From a bacterium (lineage in GTDB: Bacteria > Actinomycetota > Acidimicrobiia > Acidimicrobiales > CATQHL01): 64,000 nt of DNA. A program made the position numbers and the translations under genes. The stretch is taken from assembly GCA_026713745.1 (NCBI GenBank), contig JAPONU010000255.1, positions 8,371 through 72,370 on the forward strand. Reading direction: 5' to 3'. A model generated the notes under the pieces. That model saw only the letters and a list, made by a program, of their open reading frames with translations, had not been told where the DNA came from and ran no database searches. Below, one piece after another: positions 1 through 8,581 of this stretch (its first letter is position 1; each line of letters begins with the position of its first letter).

Positions 1-463
1 TCCCGAGACAACCCGTGCTCGCCAGGATCCCCTCGGAATGCTCGGCCAGCACCTCCCAGTCCACTTTCGGCTTGTAGTAGTAGCCCTCGAGGAAGGCGCG
101 GCTGGCGATCTGGATGAGATTGCGGTAGCCGGCCTCGTTCTCCGCCAGCAGCGTCAGGTGGTAGTACAGCTTGTTCCCCGTGGCCGTCTCGCCGCCGCTG
201 TCATCCACCTTGCCGCGCCGGGCAGGGCGTTCGTGGCGGCTCTCGTGCGCCAGGTAGGCCTCGATGCCCAGGATCGGCTTCACGCCCCCGGCTCGGCAGG
301 CCTTGTAGAAGGGGACGACCCCGTAGAGGTTCCCGTGATCGGTGATCCCGAGCGCCGGCTGGCCGTCAGCGGAAGCGGCGGCCACGAGGGCTTCGACCCG
401 CGAGGCTCCGTCCAGCATGGAGTACTCGGTGTGGGTGTGCAGGTGAACGAAGCTGTCAGGCAT
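1..463 (-). CDS. dnaE: DNA polymerase III alpha subunit, N-terminal PHP domain (5' part only; the gene runs off the left edge)
   Basis: Not in the ORF track because there is no stop in the window. My reverse-complement translation from the ATG (complement of 461-463) reads MPDSFVHLHTHTEYSMLDGASRVEALVAAASADGQPALGITDHGNLYGVVPFYKACRAGGVKPILGIEAYLAHE... HLHxHTxYSxLDG and ITDHGNxYG are DnaE PHP-domain signatures. Confidence 0.85.
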   Translation of the reverse strand, partial: MPDSFVHLHTHTEYSMLDGASRVEALVAAASADGQPALGITDHGNLYGVVPFYKACRAGGVKPILGIEAYLAHESRHERPARRGKVDDSGGETATGNKLYYHLTLLAENEAGYRNLIQIASRAFLEGYYYKPKVDWEVLAEHSEGILASTGCLG

Positions 464-615
464 CCTCGACTCCCCAATCTGTCCCCACGGCGTCCCCACC
501 GCCTGTGGACAAATCACAGCGATGTCGTTTCGGTGCCGACCATAGTCGGCTACGGCCCCGAACGCGCAGGGTGCCGGGCGGCGGCAACTCGCAGGTGGCC
601 GCGAGGGCTCGCGGC

Positions 616-1113
616 CTAGAGATAGGTGCCGGGGCGCTCCTCGGCGGGATTCTGCTCGTCGCCGGGCTCCAGGGGCCGAAGCTGGCCGCGCATGTCCGCC
701 AGCTGCTTGCGAGCGAGTACCTGCTGCGCGTACAGCGTCGCCTGGATGCCCTGGATGAGCCCCTCCATCCAGCCGACCAACTGCGCCTTGGCAATACGCA
801 ACTCGGCCTCGGAGGGCACTTCGCTGTCGGGGAAGGGTTGTGCCAGGCGGTCGAGCTCCTCACGCAGATCCACCGAGACGGCCGACCCCAACTCCTGCAG
901 AGAGATCTCGTAGATCTCCCGCAACCGGTCACGGCTGCGCTCGTCCAGCGGCGCCTCCCGGACCTCCTGCAGCAGGCCGCGCAGCATGGCGCCGACGCGC
1001 ATCACCTTGGCCGGCTGCTCGATGGCGTCGCCGTGCGGTTCCCGCTCCTGATCCGGCGCGACGATCTCTGCGCGCTCGGGCTCGGACGGGCTGTGCTCGA
1101 TGTCAGGGGACAT
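616..1113 (-). CDS. bpa: Bacterial proteasome activator Bpa/PafE-like protein
   Basis: This is the C-terminal 165 codons of ORF 616..1248. EQPAKVMRVGAMLRGLLQEVREAPLDE, PSEAELRIAKAQLVGWMEGL and the C-terminal GTYL tail resemble the Rv3780 family, which ends in GQYL. I set the start at ATG MSPDIEH (1113), because the 1248 start would overlap the divergent Rrf2 gene. Confidence 0.8.
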   Translation of the reverse strand: MSPDIEHSPSEPERAEIVAPDQEREPHGDAIEQPAKVMRVGAMLRGLLQEVREAPLDERSRDRLREIYEISLQELGSAVSVDLREELDRLAQPFPDSEVPSEAELRIAKAQLVGWMEGLIQGIQATLYAQQVLARKQLADMRGQLRPLEPGDEQNPAEERPGTYL

Positions 1114-1234
1114 GCTGGCCGGCTCCGTGGTCGGGGAACGATCGGGCGCTTTGACGCTAGCGGCCCTCCGACGCGCTCCAACGGCCGCCGATCGCCCGCC
1201 GACCCCCGGCGACCGAACCGGTACGCTCGCAGGC

Positions 1235-1690
1235 GTGAAGGTCTCCACCCGGGCGGACTATGCCAGCCGGGCGCTGCTGTCGCTCACGTTGCACGAGGCC
1301 GGCGCACCCCAGTCGGCGCGAGACATCGCCGACCGCACCGGACTCCCCCAGCCCTACCTGGAACAGATACTCCTGGCACTCAAGGGCGCCGGGCTGGTGC
1401 TGTCCAAGCGTGGCGTCGGCGGCGGCTACCGGCTGGCGCGACCGGCCCGGCAGATCTACCTCAGCGAGATCGTGAGCGCCGTGGAGGCCCCGATCGTGGC
1501 AGACGACTTCGGCGAGCCGCACAAGGACGGGGCCTGCGACCACGAGGGGCAGTGCGTGCTGCTGGCGGTCTGGGCCGCTGTCGGGACCGAGATGCGGCGC
1601 CTGCTCTCGTCCTTCAGCCTCGCCGACATCGCCGACATGGCCGGCGGCGCTGTCCCGTGGCCCGACACGGCCGCCGGTGGCTCGGCCTGA
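1235..1690 (+). CDS. Rrf2-family transcriptional regulator
   Basis: GTG start inside ORF 1100..1690. VKVSTRADYASRALLSLTLH...SARDIADRTGLPQPYLEQILLALKGAGLVLSKRGVGGGYRLAR is a typical Rrf2 winged helix. Only two Cys are present (CDHEGQC). The gene is divergent from bpa. Confidence 0.8.
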   Translation: MKVSTRADYASRALLSLTLHEAGAPQSARDIADRTGLPQPYLEQILLALKGAGLVLSKRGVGGGYRLARPARQIYLSEIVSAVEAPIVADDFGEPHKDGACDHEGQCVLLAVWAAVGTEMRRLLSSFSLADIADMAGGAVPWPDTAAGGSA

Positions 1691-1787
1691 GGTACCGCCC
1701 CAGGAGGGTTGTGAGCAACCCCCGGATCGGCCAATCCCTCGCCGCGAAAGCCCTGGTGAGGGGCTTGTGGGTTCGGCGAAATGGCCA

Positions 1788-2732
1788 TTACGCACCAGTC
1801 TCTCGGGACAACGCCGCGAGAAGCGTTCTGAGGTCAGCGGGCAGAGCCGACTCGAAGATCATCGCCCGGGCGTCGGCGGGGTGGTCGAATCCCAGCAGCG
1901 CCGCATGCAGGGCCGGGCGATCGAGTCGCAGCGCGGCTCCCCCCGACCGGCCGGCGCCGTAGACCTCGTCACCGAGCAGCGGATGGCCGATCGCCGAGAG
2001 ATGCACCCTGATCTGGTGGGTCCTCCCGGTCTCCAGCCGGCACGTCAGGTGGGTCACCTCGTCGGGGGAGCCGTAGCGCCGGCGCACTTCGTAGGCGGTC
2101 CGGGCCGGTCGGCCGCGCTCGGTCACCGCCATCTGCGTGGGCCGGCGCCCCGAACGCCCGACCGGCGCATCGATCAGGCCCCGGTCCTCGCGAACCGCTC
2201 CCCAGCAGACGGCTTCGTAGCAGCGGCGCACGGTGCGGTTCGCCAGCTGTGACACCAGGGAATCGTAGGCCTCGGTGGTGCGGGCGGCGACCAGCAGGCC
2301 GCTGGTGCCGGCATCGAGACGGTGCACGATGCCCGGGCGGGCCGCCTCGCCCACTCCGGCCATCCCGGGGTAGCGCGCCAGCAGGCCGCCGCAGAGCGTC
2401 CCCGCCGTCCGGCCGGAGCCGGGATGGACCACGAGGCCCGCCGGTTTGTCCACCACCACGAGGTGAGGATCCTCGTGGACCACCGCCAGGCGGACCTCCG
2501 GTTCGGCCTGCGGTTCGGTACGGTGCCGTTGCGCCGCGAGCGCTTCGGCGGCCACGACCAGTTCATCGCCCGCCGCGAGCCGTGTCGCACGGTCGGTGCG
2601 TACCGCGCCGTTCACCCGAACCGCTCCGGCGGCCACCAGAGCGGACGCGCCGCTACGACTGGTCTGCCACAAGAGCGCGACCGCCCGATCCAACCGCTCG
2701 CCGGCCAGAGCCGGCGGGAGGGGTTCGGTCAC
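1788..2732 (-). CDS. rluD: RluA/RluD-family 23S rRNA pseudouridine synthase
   Basis: Contains an S4-like N-terminus, VVDKPAGLVVHPG and IVHRLDAGTSGLLVAA (catalytic Asp motif), and RTHQIRVHL. I chose the GTG at 2732, which overlaps the lspA stop (GTGA). The ORF-track extension to 2978 lies inside lspA. Confidence 0.85.
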   Translation of the reverse strand: MTEPLPPALAGERLDRAVALLWQTSRSGASALVAAGAVRVNGAVRTDRATRLAAGDELVVAAEALAAQRHRTEPQAEPEVRLAVVHEDPHLVVVDKPAGLVVHPGSGRTAGTLCGGLLARYPGMAGVGEAARPGIVHRLDAGTSGLLVAARTTEAYDSLVSQLANRTVRRCYEAVCWGAVREDRGLIDAPVGRSGRRPTQMAVTERGRPARTAYEVRRRYGSPDEVTHLTCRLETGRTHQIRVHLSAIGHPLLGDEVYGAGRSGGAALRLDRPALHAALLGFDHPADARAMIFESALPADLRTLLAALSRETGA

Positions 2733-3250
2733 GCTCCCTCCAGCATCGGGTCCCCACGCCGGCTCGCACGCAAGCCAACCACCGCGAAGAGGACGACGCC
2801 CACCGAGATGGCGGAATCGGCCACGTTGAACACCGGCCACCACTGCAGATCCACGAAGTCCACCACGCTGCCGCCGAAGAACCCGTCGCCCCGGAAGGCC
2901 CGATCCCCCAGGTTGCCCAGCGCGCCCCCGAACACGAGCCCCGCCAACACCGCCACGCCGGGCCGCGTGTTCGACCACGTCAGACGCAGGAGCAAGAGCG
3001 CCACCAGCGCGGCGGCGACGGTGATGACCGGGGCCAGCGAGCTGCCCAGGCCGAAGGCGGTGCCCTGGTTGAAGACGAGCCGCAGCCGGATCGTCCAGAA
3101 GAGATCGATGCTGCCGTCGGCCAGTTGCCGCAGGGCCCAGAGCTTGGTCAGCTGGTCCGCCAGCAGAATCGCTGCGGCGACCGACAGCAGCAGAACCCGG
3201 TTGTGCCGCAGGCAGCCGGGCTTGCGGCTCTCAGCGCCGTCTGAGGCCAC
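2729..3250 (-). CDS. lspA: Lipoprotein signal peptidase II
   Basis: LLADQLTKLWA...FNQGTAFGL...GGALGNLGDR...VVDFVDL..WPVFNVADSAI are LspA motifs. The start is placed at GTG 3250 just after the upstream gene; the ORF maximum is 3331. Confidence 0.85.
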   Translation of the reverse strand: MASDGAESRKPGCLRHNRVLLLSVAAAILLADQLTKLWALRQLADGSIDLFWTIRLRLVFNQGTAFGLGSSLAPVITVAAALVALLLLRLTWSNTRPGVAVLAGLVFGGALGNLGDRAFRGDGFFGGSVVDFVDLQWWPVFNVADSAISVGVVLFAVVGLRASRRGDPMLEGA

Positions 3251-3659
3251 CGGCCTTGTATTCGACCCGCTCGGCCGCCCAAGGAATGGCACGGAGACGC
3301 TCCTTCTGGATGGGCTTGCCGGAGACGGCACAGGTGCCGTAAGTGCCCTCCTCGATCCGCTGCAAGGCCTCGTCGATCAACTCCACCGCGGCGCGGGCCG
3401 CGGCGCTCAGTGCCAGGTCCCGCTCACGCTCCACCGCCCAACTGTCGCCCTCACCGGACTCCTCGTCGAACTGCAGGTCACCGGGCTCGCGGTCGTCGAG
3501 CAGGGCCGCCGCCTCGGCCGCCATCGTCTCGGCCGATCGGACGTACCGTTCCCGCTCGGCGAGCAGCTTCTTGCGCTGTTCGGAGAGGAAGGCGTCATCG
3601 AGGCGCCGCCCGGCGGAGCCGTCCTCGCCGCGGTCCGGAGACCTTCCGGGTGGGGCCAC
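3231..3659 (-). CDS. TraR/DksA-family protein with a degenerate zinc finger
   Basis: LSEQRKKLLAERERYV...ALQRIEEGTYGTCAVSGKPIQKERLRAIPWAAERVEY has a coiled coil plus a DksA C-terminal region, but only one of the four canonical Cys. The start is taken at GTG 3659. Confidence 0.65.
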   Translation of the reverse strand: MAPPGRSPDRGEDGSAGRRLDDAFLSEQRKKLLAERERYVRSAETMAAEAAALLDDREPGDLQFDEESGEGDSWAVERERDLALSAAARAAVELIDEALQRIEEGTYGTCAVSGKPIQKERLRAIPWAAERVEYKAGGLRRR

Positions 3660-3835
3660 CTGTCCTCCTGACCTGATCCTGTGAGCCGGCGCTCCGGGCG
3701 CGCGACTCAACGGTGGGCGGGCCAACTCTAGCCGCCGGGTCCTGGCACGCCGCCACGCTGCCGGCAGGGGGTCGAAGTGCACCGCCGGGGCCCGCGAGCG
3801 CCGGGTCGGAGACTTCGGCGGTATTTTCATCCGCC

Positions 3836-6800
3836 ATGGAGCACGTGCCGCCGCGGTATCCCGGGGTGGACCCCCAGCCCGACTTCGCGGCGATCGAGTC
3901 CGAGGTCCTGGCGCGCTGGGAATCCGAAGGCACTTTCAAGGCGTCGGTGGAGAACCGCCCTACCGGGCCGGGAGGCGCGAACGAGTACGTCTTCTACGAC
4001 GGGCCCCCGTTCGCCAACGGGCTCCCCCACACCGGCAACCTGCTCACGGGTTACGTGAAGGACGTGATCCCGCGCTACCGCACCATGCGCGGGCAACGGG
4101 TCGAACGCCGTTTCGGCTGGGACTGCCACGGCCTGCCGCCGGAGATGGAGGCCGAGAAGGAACTCGGGGTCTCCGGGCGGCGAGCGATCACCGACTACGG
4201 GATCGAGCGGTTCAACGCGCACTGCCGCCACTCGGTCATGCGCTACACCGACGAGTGGCAGCACTACGTCCACCGCCAGGCGCGCTGGGTGGACTTCGAG
4301 AACGACTACAAGACCATGGACCTCCCGTTCATGGAGAGCGTGCTGTGGGCCTTCAAGCGGCTCTGGGAGAAGGACCTCGTCTACGAGTCCCACCGGGTGC
4401 TGCCCTACTCGTGGGGAGCTGAGACGCCGCTGTCCAACTTCGAGATCCGCATGGACGACGCCACACGGCCGAGGACCGACCCCGCCATCACGGTGGCGTT
4501 CCGCCTCGTCGGAACTCCGGGCGATCCGGCCCCGTTGTTCCTGTGGGCCTGGACGACCACCCCGTGGACCCTTCCGTCGAACCTGGCGCTGGCCGTCGAC
4601 CCCGAGACGACCTACGCGGTCCTGGAAGAGGCCACCGACAGCGGTCCGCGGCGTCACGTCCTAGCCGCAGACGCCGCTGAGCGCTACACCCGCCAACTCG
4701 CCGATACGCGTCCGGCCGGGACCCTCCGAGGACGCGATCTCATTGGGCGACGCTACGAGCCCCTGTTCGACTACTTCGCCGACACCCCTGGCGGGTTCAC
4801 CGTGCTCGGCGCAACCTTCGTGGACACTGCCGAGGGCACCGGGATCGTGCACATGGCTCCCGGCTTCGGCGAGGACGACCAGCGCCTCTGCACCGAGGCC
4901 GGCATCGGCGTCGTGGTGCCTGTCGATGACCAGGGGCGCTTCACCACCGAGGTCGCCGACTGGGCGGGCCTGAACGTCTTCGACGCCAACCCGGGAATCA
5001 TCGCCGCGCTGAAGGAGCGCGGTCTCGTCGTCCGTCACGACAACCACGTCCACAACTACCCACACTGCTGGCGAACCGACACACCGGTCATCTATCGCGC
5101 CGTGAACTCCTGGTACGTACGAGTCACCGCCATCCGCGACCGGATGGCGGAACTGAACCGGCAGATCAACTGGATCCCCGCCCACGTGCGCGACGGGCGC
5201 TTCGGCAACTGGCTCCAAGGCGCCCGCGACTGGTCCATCAGCCGCAACCGCTTCTGGGGTTCGCCTGTTCCGGTGTGGCGCTCCGACGACCCCGCCTGGC
5301 CTCGTACGGACGTCTACGGGAGCCTCGCGGAGATCGAGCGCGACTTCGGGGTGCGCCCCGACGACCTGCACAGGCCGTTCGTCGACTCCCTGACGAGGCC
5401 CAACCCCGACGACCCCACGGGGCAATCGGTGATGCGGCGCGTCCCGGAGGTTCTGGACTGCTGGTTCGAGTCGGGCTCGATGCCCTATGCCCAGGTGCAC
5501 TATCCCTTCGAGAACAAGGAATGGTTCGAGAACCACTTCCCCGCCGACTTCATCGTGGAGTACGTGAACCAGACGCGGGGCTGGTTCTACACGCTGCACG
5601 TCCTGGCCACCGCGCTGTTCGACCGGCCGCCCTTCCGCACCGCCGTGTGCCACGGGGTGGTGCTGGCCACCGATGGGGCGAAGCTCTCGAAGCGCTTGGG
5701 GAACTACACCGATCCCGAGGTCATCTTCACCCGCCAGGGGGCCGACGCCCTGCGCTGGTACCTGATGTCCTCACCGGTGCTGCGCGGCGGCGACCTGCGT
5801 ATGAGCGACGAGGGCATCGACGCCGTCGTGCGCGGCGTCCTGCGCCCGCTGTGGAACGCCTACGTGTTCTTCTGCATGTACGCCAACGCCGACAGCTCCG
5901 AGGGGAGTTGGAATACCGCCTCCGAGCACGTCCTGGATCGTTACGTGCTGGCCAAGACACGCCATCTCACCGTAGAGGTGGCCGAGCGGCTCGACGCCTA
6001 CGACGTGCCGGGAGCCTGCGCTGAGATCGAGTCGTTCCTGGGCACCGTCAACAACTGGTACATCCGCCGCAGTCGCGACCGGTTCTGGGCCCCGGCGACC
6101 GAATCCGAACCGCGGGACAAGCAGGCCGCATACGACACGCTCTACACGGTCCTCGTGACACTCGTGCAGGTAGCGGCGCCGCTCCTGCCCCTAATCTGCG
6201 AGTCGATCCATCACGGCCTCGGTGGCGGCACAAGCGTTCACCTCTGCGACTGGCCCGACGCCTCGGCACTGCCGCGCGACGACGACCTGGTCACCGTCAT
6301 GGATCGGGCGCGCGAGGTTTGCTCGGCCGCACTGGGTGTGCGCGTGACACGCGGCCTTCCAGCCCGCCAACCTCTGCGTTCGGCGCGGGTAGCCGGGCGC
6401 GACGCCACGACGCTGGCTCCGTTCACAGACCTCATCGCTTCGGAGATCAACGTGAAGTCCGTCGTGCTGACCGAGGAACTCGACGCGGACACGCGCTTCG
6501 TGCTGCGGCCGCGCGGCAAGGTGCTGGGGCCGCTCCTCGGCCCCGCGACGCAGCCGGTCATGGCCGCGGCCCGCGCCGGCGAGTGGCTGCGCGAGGCCGA
6601 CGGCACGGTCACCGTCGCCGGGCGGAATCTCACCGCTGACCAGTACGAACTCGTGCTGGAGACCGCAGAGGACCGTCCCAGCGCGGCACTCCGGAGCGCA
6701 GACCTGGTCGTGACCCTGGACGTCGCACTCGACGACGAGCTATGCGCCGAGGGCGCGGCGCGCCACCTGGTGCGCGTCCTGCAGCAGGGGCGGCGCGATC

Positions 6801-7018
6801 GCGGACTGCACGTCTCGGACCGCATCCGCGTGGACCTCGATCTGCCCGATGAACTCGCCTCGGCTCTCGCGCCGCACACCCGGTACGTGGCCGATCAGGT
6901 TCTCGCCGTCGATGTGCGTCACAGCGACCTGCGGGGCGCCCGCGAAGCGGGAAGCGCCAGCATCGAGGGACACGAGATCCGCTTTGCTATCGCCCGCAGC
7001 GAGGCGGGCGCCGCCTAG
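3836..7018 (+). CDS. ileS: Isoleucine--tRNA ligase (type 2, actinobacterial-like)
   Basis: EYVFYDGPPFANGLPHTGNLLTGYVKD (HIGH region), KLSKRLGNY (KMSKS) and about 1060 aa of collinear IleRS sequence. ATG 3836 (MEHVPPRYPGVDPQPDF) fits family N-termini. Confidence 0.95.
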   Translation: MEHVPPRYPGVDPQPDFAAIESEVLARWESEGTFKASVENRPTGPGGANEYVFYDGPPFANGLPHTGNLLTGYVKDVIPRYRTMRGQRVERRFGWDCHGLPPEMEAEKELGVSGRRAITDYGIERFNAHCRHSVMRYTDEWQHYVHRQARWVDFENDYKTMDLPFMESVLWAFKRLWEKDLVYESHRVLPYSWGAETPLSNFEIRMDDATRPRTDPAITVAFRLVGTPGDPAPLFLWAWTTTPWTLPSNLALAVDPETTYAVLEEATDSGPRRHVLAADAAERYTRQLADTRPAGTLRGRDLIGRRYEPLFDYFADTPGGFTVLGATFVDTAEGTGIVHMAPGFGEDDQRLCTEAGIGVVVPVDDQGRFTTEVADWAGLNVFDANPGIIAALKERGLVVRHDNHVHNYPHCWRTDTPVIYRAVNSWYVRVTAIRDRMAELNRQINWIPAHVRDGRFGNWLQGARDWSISRNRFWGSPVPVWRSDDPAWPRTDVYGSLAEIERDFGVRPDDLHRPFVDSLTRPNPDDPTGQSVMRRVPEVLDCWFESGSMPYAQVHYPFENKEWFENHFPADFIVEYVNQTRGWFYTLHVLATALFDRPPFRTAVCHGVVLATDGAKLSKRLGNYTDPEVIFTRQGADALRWYLMSSPVLRGGDLRMSDEGIDAVVRGVLRPLWNAYVFFCMYANADSSEGSWNTASEHVLDRYVLAKTRHLTVEVAERLDAYDVPGACAEIESFLGTVNNWYIRRSRDRFWAPATESEPRDKQAAYDTLYTVLVTLVQVAAPLLPLICESIHHGLGGGTSVHLCDWPDASALPRDDDLVTVMDRAREVCSAALGVRVTRGLPARQPLRSARVAGRDATTLAPFTDLIASEINVKSVVLTEELDADTRFVLRPRGKVLGPLLGPATQPVMAAARAGEWLREADGTVTVAGRNLTADQYELVLETAEDRPSAALRSADLVVTLDVALDDELCAEGAARHLVRVLQQGRRDRGLHVSDRIRVDLDLPDELASALAPHTRYVADQVLAVDVRHSDLRGAREAGSASIEGHEIRFAIARSEAGAA

Positions 7019-7536
7019 CCGGGGCCGGATTCGCCGCTCTCGGCAGCCGCCCGCTCGAGTCGGGCCAGAAAGCTGTCCGTCTCGGGGGCCTCGTCGGCTC
7101 CCGTCGCGGTCTCGGCCTCGTCGGCCGTCTCGGCGGTCACCTCATCGGCCGGCTCGGCCTCGGCGTCGCCGCTGGGCGCCGCGTCGGCGCCCGGATCAGG
7201 CGCAGGCTCGCTCGTTGCATCGATAAGCGCCAGAGCCTCGAGGATCCCGCGACGCCGGTCTGCGAGCATCAGCTGCAGATCTGCGACCGCTTGGGCGAGT
7301 TCGTCGCGGCGACTCTGCAACTCCGCCACCTCCCCGAGCGTCTCCTGGCGGACCTGCTCGATCGCCAGGCGTGCCCGTTCGGCGGCCAGTGCCGCCATCG
7401 GTTCGCTGCGTTCGGTGATGAGTTCCTCGAGGGCGCCGGCCGCCTCGATCAGGAAGGCGTCCACCTCGGCGGCGTCGTAACCCCTGAATCGCTCGGTGAA
7501 ACGGATGTCACGCAGCATCTCCGGTGAGAGTTCCAC
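7015..7536 (-). CDS. divIVA: DivIVA-domain cell-division/polar growth protein
   Basis: LSPEMLRDIRFTERFRGYDAAEVDAFL is the DivIVA N-terminal motif. It is followed by a coiled coil and then an acidic Ala/Glu/Asp/Thr-rich tail. This is the last gene of the division/cell-wall (dcw) cluster. Confidence 0.85.
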   Translation of the reverse strand: MELSPEMLRDIRFTERFRGYDAAEVDAFLIEAAGALEELITERSEPMAALAAERARLAIEQVRQETLGEVAELQSRRDELAQAVADLQLMLADRRRGILEALALIDATSEPAPDPGADAAPSGDAEAEPADEVTAETADEAETATGADEAPETDSFLARLERAAAESGESGPG

Positions 7537-7594
7537 GCACGCAACCGTAGTGCCCACCGCTGCAGGGAGCCGCAATCCCTCCTCGACGGGGGGC

Positions 7595-7846
7595 TCAGCA
7601 GATGCGCGCCCGGACGTAGAACAGCACCACCATCACGATCGTGGGAGCGAAGTCCAGCGCCACGGTGCCCACGCGCAGGGGCCGCAGCAGGCGTCGCAGC
7701 GGCCGCAGGATCGGGTCGGTGATCATGATCAGGCCCCCGGCCACGGTGGCAGGCACACCGTCGGGCCGCATCGGGAACCAGCTCAGCAATGCGCGCGCCA
7801 AGAACGCGAGCGCGTAGAGAAGGAGAATCCAGCAGAGGACGACCAC
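7595..7846 (-). CDS. yggT: YggT-family membrane protein
   Basis: 83 aa with two TM segments. LLSWFP...ITDPILRPLRRLLP is YggT-like, and the gene sits in the conserved position between sepF and divIVA. Confidence 0.8.
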   Translation of the reverse strand: MVVLCWILLLYALAFLARALLSWFPMRPDGVPATVAGGLIMITDPILRPLRRLLRPLRVGTVALDFAPTIVMVVLFYVRARIC

Positions 7847-7864
7847 GGGACCGCGGCTTGGCGT

Positions 7865-8392
7865 TCAGGAGTCGCCCGGGAGCTTCCGTTCCTCGAGCGC
7901 CACCCGCACATCGCTCGGCGTGAGCAGGTAGACACCCGGGGTCACACGTTCCACCTGGCCGTCGAGTGCGTAGCAAAGCCCTGCGGCGAAATCGACCAAC
8001 CTGCGCCGCAAGTCGCTGCTGGCGTCCTGCAGGTTCACGATGACCGGCTGGCGTTGCTTGAAGTGGTCGCCTACCTCCTGCGCCTCATCGAACATCGCGG
8101 GCGAGACCACGATCGGGCGCACGGCGGCCGATGCCGAGCGAGGACGTGCGATCGCCGGCCGGGAGGCTGGTTCGGCGGTGACGGGATCGGGGGCGGGCCT
8201 CACCGCTGCCAGCCCCACGGGATCGGGCATCGCCGTCGGCTCGATGGCAGAGGAATAGCGCTCCGCCGGCGCTCCGCCGTAGGGGCCGGGTCCCGAGTTT
8301 CCCTGCTGGGGCGCACCGAGGTGACCCGCGTACGGTTCTCCCTCGTCGGGCCCCAGACCCAACCAGTTCACGAAGGACTTCAAGGCCGACAT
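7865..8392 (-). CDS. sepF: Cell division protein SepF
   Basis: The N-terminal amphipathic MSALKSFVNWLGL is followed by a Pro/Gly linker. The C-terminal part reads IVVSPAMFDEAQEVGDHFKQRQPVIVNL...RRLVDFAAGLCYALDGQVERV. GGAGGAG lies 6 nt upstream of the ATG at 8392. Confidence 0.9.
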   Translation of the reverse strand: MSALKSFVNWLGLGPDEGEPYAGHLGAPQQGNSGPGPYGGAPAERYSSAIEPTAMPDPVGLAAVRPAPDPVTAEPASRPAIARPRSASAAVRPIVVSPAMFDEAQEVGDHFKQRQPVIVNLQDASSDLRRRLVDFAAGLCYALDGQVERVTPGVYLLTPSDVRVALEERKLPGDS

Positions 8393-8581
8393 GGGCTCTC
8401 CTCCAAAGATGTGCGAGCCGTGCGGGTGATCCGCCGTGCGCCGGCCTTCGACCGGTGGCGGATCTGCGACTTGTCCACAGCGGAACATGCCCGCACGCGG
8501 TTCGTGCGCAGCGTCGTTGTGAAGAGTTGCATCGCACCTCGTTGTTTACACAAGTGTAGTCCCCTCGCGACCCCGCCGCCC

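Noticed and set aside
1748-1766. Weak hairpin (aagccc-tggtgag-gggctt) between the convergent Rrf2 and rluD genes as a bidirectional terminator
   Set aside because: It has only a 6-bp stem and no U/A tracts, which is too weak to call.
505-1962. 485-aa plus-strand ORF spanning the bpa and Rrf2 genes
   Set aside because: It is antisense to or out of frame with two genes that have clear family signatures. The translation is extremely Arg/Gly/Pro/Ala-rich, which is the usual open-frame artefact of very GC-rich DNA.
3660-3835. Annotating the ileS leader as a T-box riboswitch
   Set aside because: A T-box is expected from family knowledge, but I could not find the canonical T-box 14-mer, a specifier loop with AUC followed by a purine, or an antiterminator complementary to the hairpin arm. 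I report it only as a structured leader that needs a covariance-model test.
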